DNA of 64,000 nucleotides from Erythrobacter sp. (GTDB lineage Bacteria; Pseudomonadota; Alphaproteobacteria; Sphingomonadales; Sphingomonadaceae): NCBI GenBank assembly GCA_013822695.1, contig PNKW01000005.1, positions 1,863 to 65,862 of the forward strand, read 5' to 3'. Shown piece by piece: positions 56,312 to 64,000 of this stretch (position 1 is its first letter; each line of letters starts with the position of its first letter). The notes under the pieces were generated by a model. It saw only the letters and a program-made list of their open reading frames with translations, ran no database searches and was not told where the DNA came from. The position numbers and the translations under genes were made by a program.

Positions 56312-57295
56312 ATGACTGCCCCCGACGCCTCTCCTGCCCCCAAAGGCCTGATCGGCCATACCGGCTTTGTCGGGGGCGCGTTGCTGCGCCAGACGCATTT
56401 CGACGCGTGCTACAACAGCGCGAATATCGGCGAGATCACGGGCGCGCGGTTCGGCACGCTGGTTTGCGCTGCCGCACCCGGATCGATGCTTGAAGCCAAT
56501 CGCGCGCCTGACCGCGACAGGGCGGCAATCGACGCCCTGATCGCGCGGCTCGAGACGGTGGAGGCGGAGCGCTTCGTGCTCATCTCCTCCATCGCGGTGT
56601 TGGCGGACTTCGCTGGCGGCGATGACGAGGGCTCGAGCGCGTTCCAGCACGATCTCGCCTATGGCCGACACCGCCGCGCGCTCGAGGCCTTCGTCGAAGA
56701 CCGCTTTCCCGGCAGCCTCGTTGTCCGCCTGCCCGCGCTGTTCGGCGCTGGCTTGCGCAAGAATTTCCTGTTCGATCTGATGAACCCCGTCCCCTCGATG
56801 CTGGCGCAAGCCCGGCACGCGGCGCTGCTGACCGCGCTGGGGGGCGATCTGGCGGCGTGGCTGGCGGCGCTCTACGCGCCGGATCCGGCGACGGGGCTGC
56901 TCAAGCTTGATCGGGCTGCGCTCAACGCCGATCAGCGCCGCGCGCCGCTGGAGACCGCGCTCGATGCGCTGGGGGCGAGTGCGACCCAGTTCCACCACCG
57001 CGAGACGACCTACCAGTATTACGCCATCGACCGGCTGTGGCAGGATATCGGCATCGCGCTTGAGGCGGGTCTCACCCATCTCCACCTCGCCCCCGAGCCG
57101 CTCGCTGCCGCCGATATTCACGTGCGGCTGACGGGCCGGCCCATGCCCGAGACACCCGCCCGTCTCCACCGCGAGGACATGCGCACGCGCCACGCCAGCC
57201 TGTGGGGCGCGTCCGGCCCCTACCAGGTCGCCGCCGCCGACACGCTCGCGAGCCTCGCCGCCTTCTTCGCCAGCCAGCGCGGGGGAGCGGCATGA
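56312..57295 (+). CDS. Atypical NAD(P)-dependent epimerase/dehydratase
   Basis: LIGHTGFVG, FVLISSIAV, YGRHRRALE (YxxxR) and VRLPALFG..RKNFLFDL. Confidence 0.8.
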   Translation: MTAPDASPAPKGLIGHTGFVGGALLRQTHFDACYNSANIGEITGARFGTLVCAAAPGSMLEANRAPDRDRAAIDALIARLETVEAERFVLISSIAVLADFAGGDDEGSSAFQHDLAYGRHRRALEAFVEDRFPGSLVVRLPALFGAGLRKNFLFDLMNPVPSMLAQARHAALLTALGGDLAAWLAALYAPDPATGLLKLDRAALNADQRRAPLETALDALGASATQFHHRETTYQYYAIDRLWQDIGIALEAGLTHLHLAPEPLAAADIHVRLTGRPMPETPARLHREDMRTRHASLWGASGPYQVAAADTLASLAAFFASQRGGAA

Positions 57296-58137
57296 AGCTC
57301 TCCATGTCCAACATCGCGTGGCTGCCCGAAGAGCGCCTTGAGGCCTATGCCATCCTTGCCGAGGCAGGCTTCACCGGGCTCGAGATCGCGCCGGGGCTGT
57401 TCTTCCACGCGGCCGAGGACCCCTTCCTCCCCGACACCGCCAGCGCGCGGGCTGCGCGGGTCGAGATGGCGGATGCGGGACTTAGCCTTGTCTCGATGCA
57501 GTCGCTGCTGTTCGGCGTCACCGGCGCGGCGCTGTTCGAGGGGGCGGACGCCCGCGCCGCCTTCGAGGCCGGCATGCACCGCGCGATTCGCTTGGCCGAG
57601 CGGTTCGGCATTCCCAACCTCGTGTTCGGCTCCCCGTTGCAACGCCGCGTGCCCGAGGGGATGGCGATGGAAGGCGCATGGGAGCAGGCCGCAGAGGTGT
57701 TCCGCAAGCTCGGCGATGCCGCTGCTGCCGCCGAGACCCGCATCGCGATCGAGGCCAACCCGGCGGCCTATGGCACCAATTTTCTCAACACGCTGGATCA
57801 GGCGTTGGGCTTTGTCGATCTCGTCGCGCATCCCGCCGTTGTGCCCCACCTTGATCTCGGGGCGATGCACATGAATGGCGACTTCGCAGGCGTGCCCGGC
57901 CGCCTCCCTGCGCTGACCCCCCGCCTGTCGCACGTCCATGTCAGCGAGCCCGACCTCGCCCCAGCGCCCGCCGATCCGGCTGCGCTTGCTCCTGTGCTGG
58001 GGGGCCTTGCCGCTGCCGGATATGCCCGCGCCGTCTCGATCGAGATGAAGCGTGCGCCCGAAGGTCTCGCCGCCGTGCGCCGCGCGGTTGCGGCGCTCGC
58101 CGCGGCGCGTGACGCCATGGAGGCCGCCCATGCGTGA
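57292..58137 (+). CDS. Sugar phosphate isomerase/epimerase (xylose-isomerase-like TIM barrel)
   Basis: SNIAW, GLEIAP, LVFGSP..R, IAIEANP..YG.NF, HVHVSEP and SIEM metal-ligand pattern. Confidence 0.85.
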   Translation: MKLSMSNIAWLPEERLEAYAILAEAGFTGLEIAPGLFFHAAEDPFLPDTASARAARVEMADAGLSLVSMQSLLFGVTGAALFEGADARAAFEAGMHRAIRLAERFGIPNLVFGSPLQRRVPEGMAMEGAWEQAAEVFRKLGDAAAAAETRIAIEANPAAYGTNFLNTLDQALGFVDLVAHPAVVPHLDLGAMHMNGDFAGVPGRLPALTPRLSHVHVSEPDLAPAPADPAALAPVLGGLAAAGYARAVSIEMKRAPEGLAAVRRAVAALAAARDAMEAAHA

Positions 58138-59149
58138 GCCCGACGCCAACCAGTTCAGGAAGCCGCGCGAGGACGTGGTGGTCTCGGTCTGCTTCTCCGA
58201 TCTTGCTGCCAGCCCTGCGACCTTCGCGGCAATCCGCGACCTCGCCGTCACGCTCGATACCGCCTACCGCTTCCGCGAGATCATCCTTGTGGTCGACGAC
58301 AGCCAGCGCGCCGACTTCCTCGATATCGTGCGCGAGGTGCCCAACACCCGTTTGTTCGTGGTTCGCCGCGGCACCGAATATTACGACCGCCGCGTGATCG
58401 CCGCCGAGGAAGCCATCGGCGATCTGGTGGTGCTAGGCAATCTCGAGGAAATGGTCGCGCTCGACGTGCTCGCCTTCCTCGACTTCGCCGAGGCCGAGAA
58501 CGCGGTGACGATGGCCTTCCGTCCGGCCAAGCGCCCGTTCAAGCGCCTGCTCGCCTGGCCGTTCATCGCGCTTGGCAAGCTGGCCGGGTTCAATGTCGAT
58601 CCGGCCGAGTTCCAGTCGATTGCCGTGCCGCGCACGCTATTGAACCTGCTGCTCGCCCATGACGAGCCGCGCCTTGCGCTGCGCTTCCCCCCGCGCGATC
58701 CGCGCCTGCCGCGCGAATGGTTCCGCACCGCGGTGAATGTCGAGAGCCGCACTGCCTTCACCGGCATCGGGCGCAGGCTGGCGCTGCTCCAGACGCTGCT
58801 GGTCTACCTCACGCCGCTGATCCTGTCGGTGGTGGCGGTGTCCTCGACGATTCTCACGCTGGTCGGCCTTGCCTATGCGGGATGGATCATCGGCGCGGTG
58901 CTTCTGGTCGACAGCCTCGCCCCGGGCTGGCTGACCACCAACGCGATGCTGGCGGTGAGCGCCACCTTCATGGGCTTCTCGACCCTCGGCCTCTCTCTCG
59001 GGCTGCAACATCTGCTCAAGCAGCAGCGGCGGCTGAAGGGCGCGCTGGTGCCTGAAGAAGTGAACCGCATCGACCTGTTCCAGCAGGTCGCCTTCGATCT
59101 CAACGTGGTGCTTGAGAGCGACGCGCCGCCTCCGCCTTCGGAGGGATAA
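58130..59149 (+). CDS. Degenerate GtrB-like GT2 protein with 2 C-terminal TMs
   Basis: REIILVVDDS and AIGDLVVLGNLEE (no DxD), TM pair with LAPGWLT, overall GtrB length. Confidence 0.65.
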   Translation: MREPDANQFRKPREDVVVSVCFSDLAASPATFAAIRDLAVTLDTAYRFREIILVVDDSQRADFLDIVREVPNTRLFVVRRGTEYYDRRVIAAEEAIGDLVVLGNLEEMVALDVLAFLDFAEAENAVTMAFRPAKRPFKRLLAWPFIALGKLAGFNVDPAEFQSIAVPRTLLNLLLAHDEPRLALRFPPRDPRLPREWFRTAVNVESRTAFTGIGRRLALLQTLLVYLTPLILSVVAVSSTILTLVGLAYAGWIIGAVLLVDSLAPGWLTTNAMLAVSATFMGFSTLGLSLGLQHLLKQQRRLKGALVPEEVNRIDLFQQVAFDLNVVLESDAPPPPSEG

Positions 59150-60303
59150 TGAGCGGGGAGCGCACCTCCTACGATTACATCGTGATCGGCGGCGGCTTCT
59201 ACGGCTGCTGTCTGGCGCTCTACCTGCGCTCGATCTCCTCGCGCGTGCTGCTGGTGGAGGCCGGCGAGCGGCTGATGGACCGCGCCTCGCGGGTCAACCA
59301 GGCGCGGGTGCATACCGGCTTTCACTACCCTCGCTCTGCCGCGACAGCGGTGAAGTCGATGCTGCTCCACAGGCGGTTTCTGGCGGATTTCCCCGAGGCC
59401 GTGGTCGGCGATTTCCAGATGCTCTACGCCATCGCCCGGCGCCGCTCGAAGGTGACGGCGAAGAAGTTTCACCGCATGTTCCGCGACATGGGCGCGCCGA
59501 TCGAGGTCGCAAGCCCCGCTCACCGCGCGCTGTTCGATGCCGAGCGGATCGAGGAGGTCTTCGCCTGCCACGAGGTCGCCTTCGACCACAAGATCCTCGG
59601 AAAGCTGGTCGGCGAGCGGCTGGTGGCGGCAGGGATCGAGGTGCGGCTGGGGACAGCGGTTCTTGGGCTGGAGGATCACCGCAGCGGCGTGGTGGCGCGG
59701 CTGTCCGATGGCAGCGAGGTCTCCGCCGCCTATGCCTTCAACATCACCTATTCGCAGATCAACGCGGTGCTGGCCAGAGCCGGCCTGCCGCCCGCGCGTC
59801 TCAAGCACGAGATCGCCGAGCTCGCCCTGATCGAGCCCCCGCGCGAGCTGGAGCGGATTGGCGTCACGGTAATGGACGGGCCGTTCTTCTCGGCCATGCC
59901 CTATCCTTCCGAGGGGCTCTATTCGCTCACCCACGTGCGCTACACGCCGCACGACAGCTGGGCGGACAATGCCGCGGCGCGCGATCCTTACGCGCATTTT
60001 GCCGCGCTGGAGCCCGAAAGCCGCTTTGCCTTCATGCAGCGCGATGCGCAGTTCTATCTGCCCTGCCTTGCGGGGTCGACCTATCGCCGCTCGATCTACG
60101 AGGTGAAGACCGTCCTCATCAAGAACGAGGGGGATGACGGGCGGCCGATCCTCTACCACCGCAGCCCGGAATCGAGCCGGGTGATCTCGGTTTTGGGCGG
60201 CAAGATCGACAATATCTACGACCTGTTCGAGGCGGTGAAGGACACCGGCGGGGCCTTCGCGGCGCTCGATCCGGGGCACGTGTTCGGGCGGGTCCATGCC
60301 TGA
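59149..60303 (+). CDS. FAD-dependent oxidoreductase (DAO-like)
   Basis: IVIGGGFYG, ASRVNQARVHTGFHYPRS, TVMDGPFFS and LGGKIDNI. Confidence 0.88.
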   Translation: MSGERTSYDYIVIGGGFYGCCLALYLRSISSRVLLVEAGERLMDRASRVNQARVHTGFHYPRSAATAVKSMLLHRRFLADFPEAVVGDFQMLYAIARRRSKVTAKKFHRMFRDMGAPIEVASPAHRALFDAERIEEVFACHEVAFDHKILGKLVGERLVAAGIEVRLGTAVLGLEDHRSGVVARLSDGSEVSAAYAFNITYSQINAVLARAGLPPARLKHEIAELALIEPPRELERIGVTVMDGPFFSAMPYPSEGLYSLTHVRYTPHDSWADNAAARDPYAHFAALEPESRFAFMQRDAQFYLPCLAGSTYRRSIYEVKTVLIKNEGDDGRPILYHRSPESSRVISVLGGKIDNIYDLFEAVKDTGGAFAALDPGHVFGRVHA

Positions 60304-62371
60304 GATGTTCGGGTTGAGGGGGCCCTCGCGCGGCTTTGCCGCTCTTGGCGGAGTGTTCGTGGTGCTGGCCGCCTTGCGCGGGGCGTGGCTGCTCCACGCG
60401 CACAGCCTCAATTCGATCGACGGGGCGCTGCAGACGTGGTTCGCCGCCGATCACTTCGCGCGCGGGGAACAGCTGGGGACGGCGTTCCAGTCCTATCTCG
60501 GCGTCACCATGGTGCTGGCGCTGCTGCCGGTGTTCGTGGGCTTCGGTAAGACGCTGTTTGCCTCGACGCTGGCGGCTTACATGATGGTGCTCGCCGGAGC
60601 CTTTGCTTGCAGCTACGCCTGCGCCTGGCTGATCCGCCCGATCCCGGCGCGCGCGCGCTGGCAGGCGGCCTTGGTGCTGTTGTTCCTGTTCTACTTCGCC
60701 GGGCCGATGGGGGGCCAAGCGACCGGCATCGTCTGGCCCGCGACGCTCGATCCGGGCGTCTCGCTGCGGCCTCTGCGCGGAGCGCTGCCGTTTGTCGTGA
60801 TGCCGTTCTTCGTGGTGCTGGTGCGGCGGGTGCTTCTGGAGGGCCGCGCGCTTGCCGCGGGCCTGCCGCTCGGGCTGGTCGCGGGGGCGGGGCTGTTGTG
60901 GTCGAACGATGCAGGGATTCCGCTGGTGCTCGCGCTGACCGGTGCGTTGGTGCTGGCGCTGTGGGAGCGGCCCCTCCTGTTGGCGAAGACCTCCGCCGCC
61001 TTCGCGCTCGGCGTCATGGTGTCGGCTGGAGCGATCCTCATGGGCGTGACCCACGGCGTGCCGGGGCCGTGGCTGCGATACAACTTCCGCGATGTCGCCG
61101 CCGACCAGTTCTGGTTCTTCGCCCCGTGGGAGCGCGCCACGCGCATCCTCACGCCCGCAGACTTGCCGCAGATCCTCGTCCATGCCGACCCGCTGGCGGC
61201 GCTCGGGCTGGTGGTGCTGGCGCTCAGCCTTGCCTTTGCCGCGGTGCAGCGTCTGCGCCGCCGGAGCGCGCCGGTGCGGGGAAGCGCTTTCGTGTTCGTC
61301 GGCGCGAGCGTGCTCGGCACCGCTTTGGTCCCGCAGATCGGCGGGCATGTCGGGGCCGAGTATGACGGTATCACCTTCGTGCTCGCCGCCTGCGCGCCAC
61401 TGATCGTCGCGCCCGCCGGGGTGTGGCGGCGGGTGAGGGGCGTGCTGCGGATCGCAAGTCCGAAACAGGTCGCGTTGCTGGCCGGTGTCTCTGCGCTGGC
61501 GATGGTGGGGGCCGAGGCCGCGCGCCTCGCCGCCTCCCCCGCGCGCGCCGAGCGCACCGCCTATGACCCCGCGCTCGGCTTTTATGTGACGCCCGAATAC
61601 GCCGAAGACCTCACCGCGATGCGCCAGCTGGCAGCAGTGTGGGACGCACAGGGCATCCCGCAGGACCGCCGCCTGCTCTCGGTCTACACCTCGCCGCTCG
61701 ATATCGCTGCGGGGGTGAGAAGCCCCGCCGATGTCGGCTCGCTGATCCATGCGCTCGGGCCGGAGAAACGCGCCGCCTTCACCGCGCTGGTTGCGCGAAG
61801 GCAGGTCGCCGCAGTGACCACCATCGCGCCCGATTACAGCGGGTGGGAGGGGTGGCTGACCCGCGCCAGCTGGCCCTTCTTCCGCGCCTTGCGCGATAAT
61901 TTCCATCCCGTTGCCCGAACTGATCAGCACATCGTCTGGGCCGCTGGCGGAGGGAAATTCAAGAGGTCCGATGCGTTCTGCGATGTGGTTCACGTGACCA
62001 ACGACCGGACCGAAATCTCCATCACATCGCTCAGTGCTGGTCTCGCCTCCATTCGGCTCGAGCGCAGCGGCGCCTATGCCTCAGGCCGCGCCGCCATGCT
62101 GACGGTGACCGAGGACTCACCTTTCACACGGAGAACCGGCGAACCGGGATGGACCGACTTTCCGCGCTATGGGGTGCCCAATGCGGACACCGTGGAAGTT
62201 TCGGCGCCGGTCGAAGCCGACTCGCCGACCCGGCTTACTCTGCAAACGCTGGGAGGTGCCTTCATCGGCTCGGCCCGATGCCGGGCGTGGGTCTATGAAC
62301 CCATCGACTTCGCGGCACTGCCCGGCCTTCCCAAAGGTGTTGACGCATATCTCGCGCGGGTGCGTCGATGA
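60296..62371 (+). CDS. Polytopic membrane protein, probable GT-C (GtrC-like) transferase
   Basis: More than 10 hydrophobic segments, acidic first-loop motif NSIDGALQ, C-terminal soluble domain, Gtr-type context. Confidence 0.65.
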   Translation: MPEMFGLRGPSRGFAALGGVFVVLAALRGAWLLHAHSLNSIDGALQTWFAADHFARGEQLGTAFQSYLGVTMVLALLPVFVGFGKTLFASTLAAYMMVLAGAFACSYACAWLIRPIPARARWQAALVLLFLFYFAGPMGGQATGIVWPATLDPGVSLRPLRGALPFVVMPFFVVLVRRVLLEGRALAAGLPLGLVAGAGLLWSNDAGIPLVLALTGALVLALWERPLLLAKTSAAFALGVMVSAGAILMGVTHGVPGPWLRYNFRDVAADQFWFFAPWERATRILTPADLPQILVHADPLAALGLVVLALSLAFAAVQRLRRRSAPVRGSAFVFVGASVLGTALVPQIGGHVGAEYDGITFVLAACAPLIVAPAGVWRRVRGVLRIASPKQVALLAGVSALAMVGAEAARLAASPARAERTAYDPALGFYVTPEYAEDLTAMRQLAAVWDAQGIPQDRRLLSVYTSPLDIAAGVRSPADVGSLIHALGPEKRAAFTALVARRQVAAVTTIAPDYSGWEGWLTRASWPFFRALRDNFHPVARTDQHIVWAAGGGKFKRSDAFCDVVHVTNDRTEISITSLSAGLASIRLERSGAYASGRAAMLTVTEDSPFTRRTGEPGWTDFPRYGVPNADTVEVSAPVEADSPTRLTLQTLGGAFIGSARCRAWVYEPIDFAALPGLPKGVDAYLARVRR

Positions 62372-62754
62372 GCGAGCTCGTCCGCTTCTTCGCGGTGACG
62401 GCGCTGGGGGTGATCCTTGACCTCGCCATCGCCTTTGCGCTCCACCAATGGGCGGGGGTTCCGCTGTGGCTGGCGGCGGCGGCGGGCTTCTGCATCGCGG
62501 CGGGGGCGAATTACGTCATCCACCAGACGTGGAGCTTTCGCTCCGGCCCGCTCTCGGTGAAGCGCGCGGGGCTCTATGCGGTGGTGGCGCTCGTGACGCT
62601 GGCGGTGCGCGTGGCCATTGTCGCGCTGCTTGACCGGGCGCAGCCCGGAGCGTGGCCGCTTGCGGTCCTTGTCGCAGGCGCGGGGGGCTCCTTCTGCGTC
62701 AACTTCGTGCTTTCCAAATGGGTCGTCTTCGCGCCCGAGGGGGAGCGGTCATGA
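62368..62754 (+). CDS. GtrA family lipid-linked sugar flippase
   Basis: LVRFFAV..G..LDLAI, ANYVIHQTWSF, NFVLSKWVVF; 4 TM. Confidence 0.9.
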   Translation: MSELVRFFAVTALGVILDLAIAFALHQWAGVPLWLAAAAGFCIAAGANYVIHQTWSFRSGPLSVKRAGLYAVVALVTLAVRVAIVALLDRAQPGAWPLAVLVAGAGGSFCVNFVLSKWVVFAPEGERS

Positions 62755-64000
62755 CCATGCAGCCGCCCCCGATCCTCGACGATGCCGCATGGGAGGTGCC
62801 CGCCCACGAGGCCGCGCTCTACGGCCCCCACCAGCACCGCCATGCGCTGGTCATCCCCGTCATTAACGAGGGCGAGCGGATTCGCGGCCAGCTCCGCCGC
62901 ATCGCCGCCGCAGGTCTGCCGGTCGACGTGGTGATCGCCGACGGCGGTTCGACCGACGGCTCGCTTGACGCTGACTTCATGGCGGCGGTCGGCGTGCGCG
63001 CGGTCTTGACCAAGACCGGCCCCGGTAAGCTCTCCGCCCAGCTGCGCATGGCCTATGCCTGGTGCCTCAAGCAGGGCTACGCCGGGATCGTCACCATCGA
63101 CGGCAACGGCAAGGACGGGGTCGAAGCGGTTGCGGCGATGGTCGCCAAGCTCGAGGAGGGCTGCGACTATGTGCAGGGCTCGCGCTATCTGCCCGGCGGG
63201 GCGGCGGAGAACACCCCGCTCGAGCGCACCATCGCCAACCGCCTGATCCACGCGCCGATGCTGAGCCTTGCCGGGCGGCACTGGTTCACCGACACCACCA
63301 ACGGCTTCCGCGCCTATTCCGCGCGCTATCTGCTGCACCCGGACGTGCAGCCGTTCCGCGAGGTGTTTTCGGTCTATAACCTGCTGTTCTATCTGACGGT
63401 GCGCGCGGGGCAGCTGGGTCTCAGGGTCGCGCACGTGCCGGTCGAGCGGCGCTATCCGGACGACGGCAAGGTGCCGACCAAGATCGGCGGGTTTGCCTCC
63501 AAGCTGGCGCTGCTGAAGGAGACCTTTGTCGCCGCAACCGGCGGCTACACGCCCGACTCCGCCGTGCGCCAAGCAAGGTGGCTGTGGCCGGTGGCGGTGC
63601 TCGCCGCGCTGCTGGCGGCGCTGCTGTGGAAGGTGATCGCTGCGCCGCCTTTTTCGCCCGACTCATGGGCGCTGTGGGAGCTATCGCAGACGGTGTTCGG
63701 CGATTTCTACCGCTTCACCCATTGGCGCTCCTATGCGAGCGACCTGCCATACGCGTCGAGTTTCCCGCCGCTGACTCCGGTGCTGATCGCTTGTATCGAC
63801 GCGCTATTGGGGACAGGCCCGCGCACTGGCCTTTACCTCGCCTTTGCGGCTTTCGCGGGCTTCGCGTTGGTCTCGGAGGCGATCGGGCGGCGGGTCACGG
63901 GCGCCGCATGGCTGGGTCTGGGGGCGGCGCTGGTGCTGCTCATCGGCCCCAACATGCTGCTGATCGAGATGCAGGCGGGGCGGACGATCCCGCTGCAACT
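62751..64000 (+). CDS. GT2 polyprenol-phosphate glycosyltransferase fused to a membrane GT-C-like domain (runs off right edge)
   Basis: Manual translation: LVIPVINEGERI, IADGGSTDGS, TIDGNGKD (DxD-like), QGSRY, DTTNGFRAYS. The frame continues without a stop into WLWPVAVLAALL..FSPDSWALWE and further TMs. Absent from the ORF track. Confidence 0.85.
   Translation, partial: MTMQPPPILDDAAWEVPAHEAALYGPHQHRHALVIPVINEGERIRGQLRRIAAAGLPVDVVIADGGSTDGSLDADFMAAVGVRAVLTKTGPGKLSAQLRMAYAWCLKQGYAGIVTIDGNGKDGVEAVAAMVAKLEEGCDYVQGSRYLPGGAAENTPLERTIANRLIHAPMLSLAGRHWFTDTTNGFRAYSARYLLHPDVQPFREVFSVYNLLFYLTVRAGQLGLRVAHVPVERRYPDDGKVPTKIGGFASKLALLKETFVAATGGYTPDSAVRQARWLWPVAVLAALLAALLWKVIAAPPFSPDSWALWELSQTVFGDFYRFTHWRSYASDLPYASSFPPLTPVLIACIDALLGTGPRTGLYLAFAAFAGFALVSEAIGRRVTGAAWLGLGAALVLLIGPNMLLIEMQAGRTIPLQ

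Noticed and set aside
61986-62001. Second parS-like sequence TGGTTCACGTGACCAA
   Set aside because: Four mismatches to the consensus and located inside a CDS.

Overview
GC-rich alphaproteobacterial chromosome segment. Gene content, gene order and repeat families point to Sphingomonadales, most likely Erythrobacteraceae (inference). Most of the window is housekeeping: clpA (partial), proA-nadD-rsfS-rlmH-envC-ctpA-dsbB-coq7, fabI, pdxH, mnmA/sciP, an RND efflux pair, etfBA, sucC, gpmA-purE-purK-folA-ribF-ileS-lspA and tRNA-Thr(GGT). A near-perfect parS site at 7938 suggests an origin-proximal location. Less ordinary items: (1) two unrelated low-GC Panacea (DUF4065) antitoxin modules, one paired with an uncharacterised 2-TM protein and one with a RelE-like protein, the latter with a perfect DnaA box inside its promoter; (2) a palindromic repeat inserted in frame in the IleRS editing domain, with an intergenic sibling at 6075; (3) a serine hydrolase whose usual N-terminal domain appears to be a separate, divergent gene; (4) a plcP-agt-like lipid-remodelling pair with Pho-box repeats; (5) an E1alpha/E1beta module with a free lipoyl carrier and no E2 core or E3; (6) at the right end, a Gtr-type lipid-carrier glycosylation locus with its own sugar-modifying enzymes, a degenerate GtrB paralog and a GT2::membrane (GT-C-like) fusion that runs off the window. 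At least five families of intergenic palindromic repeats are present. No CRISPR array, rRNA, integrase or transposase was found. All family assignments come from motif recognition by eye, not from database searches.
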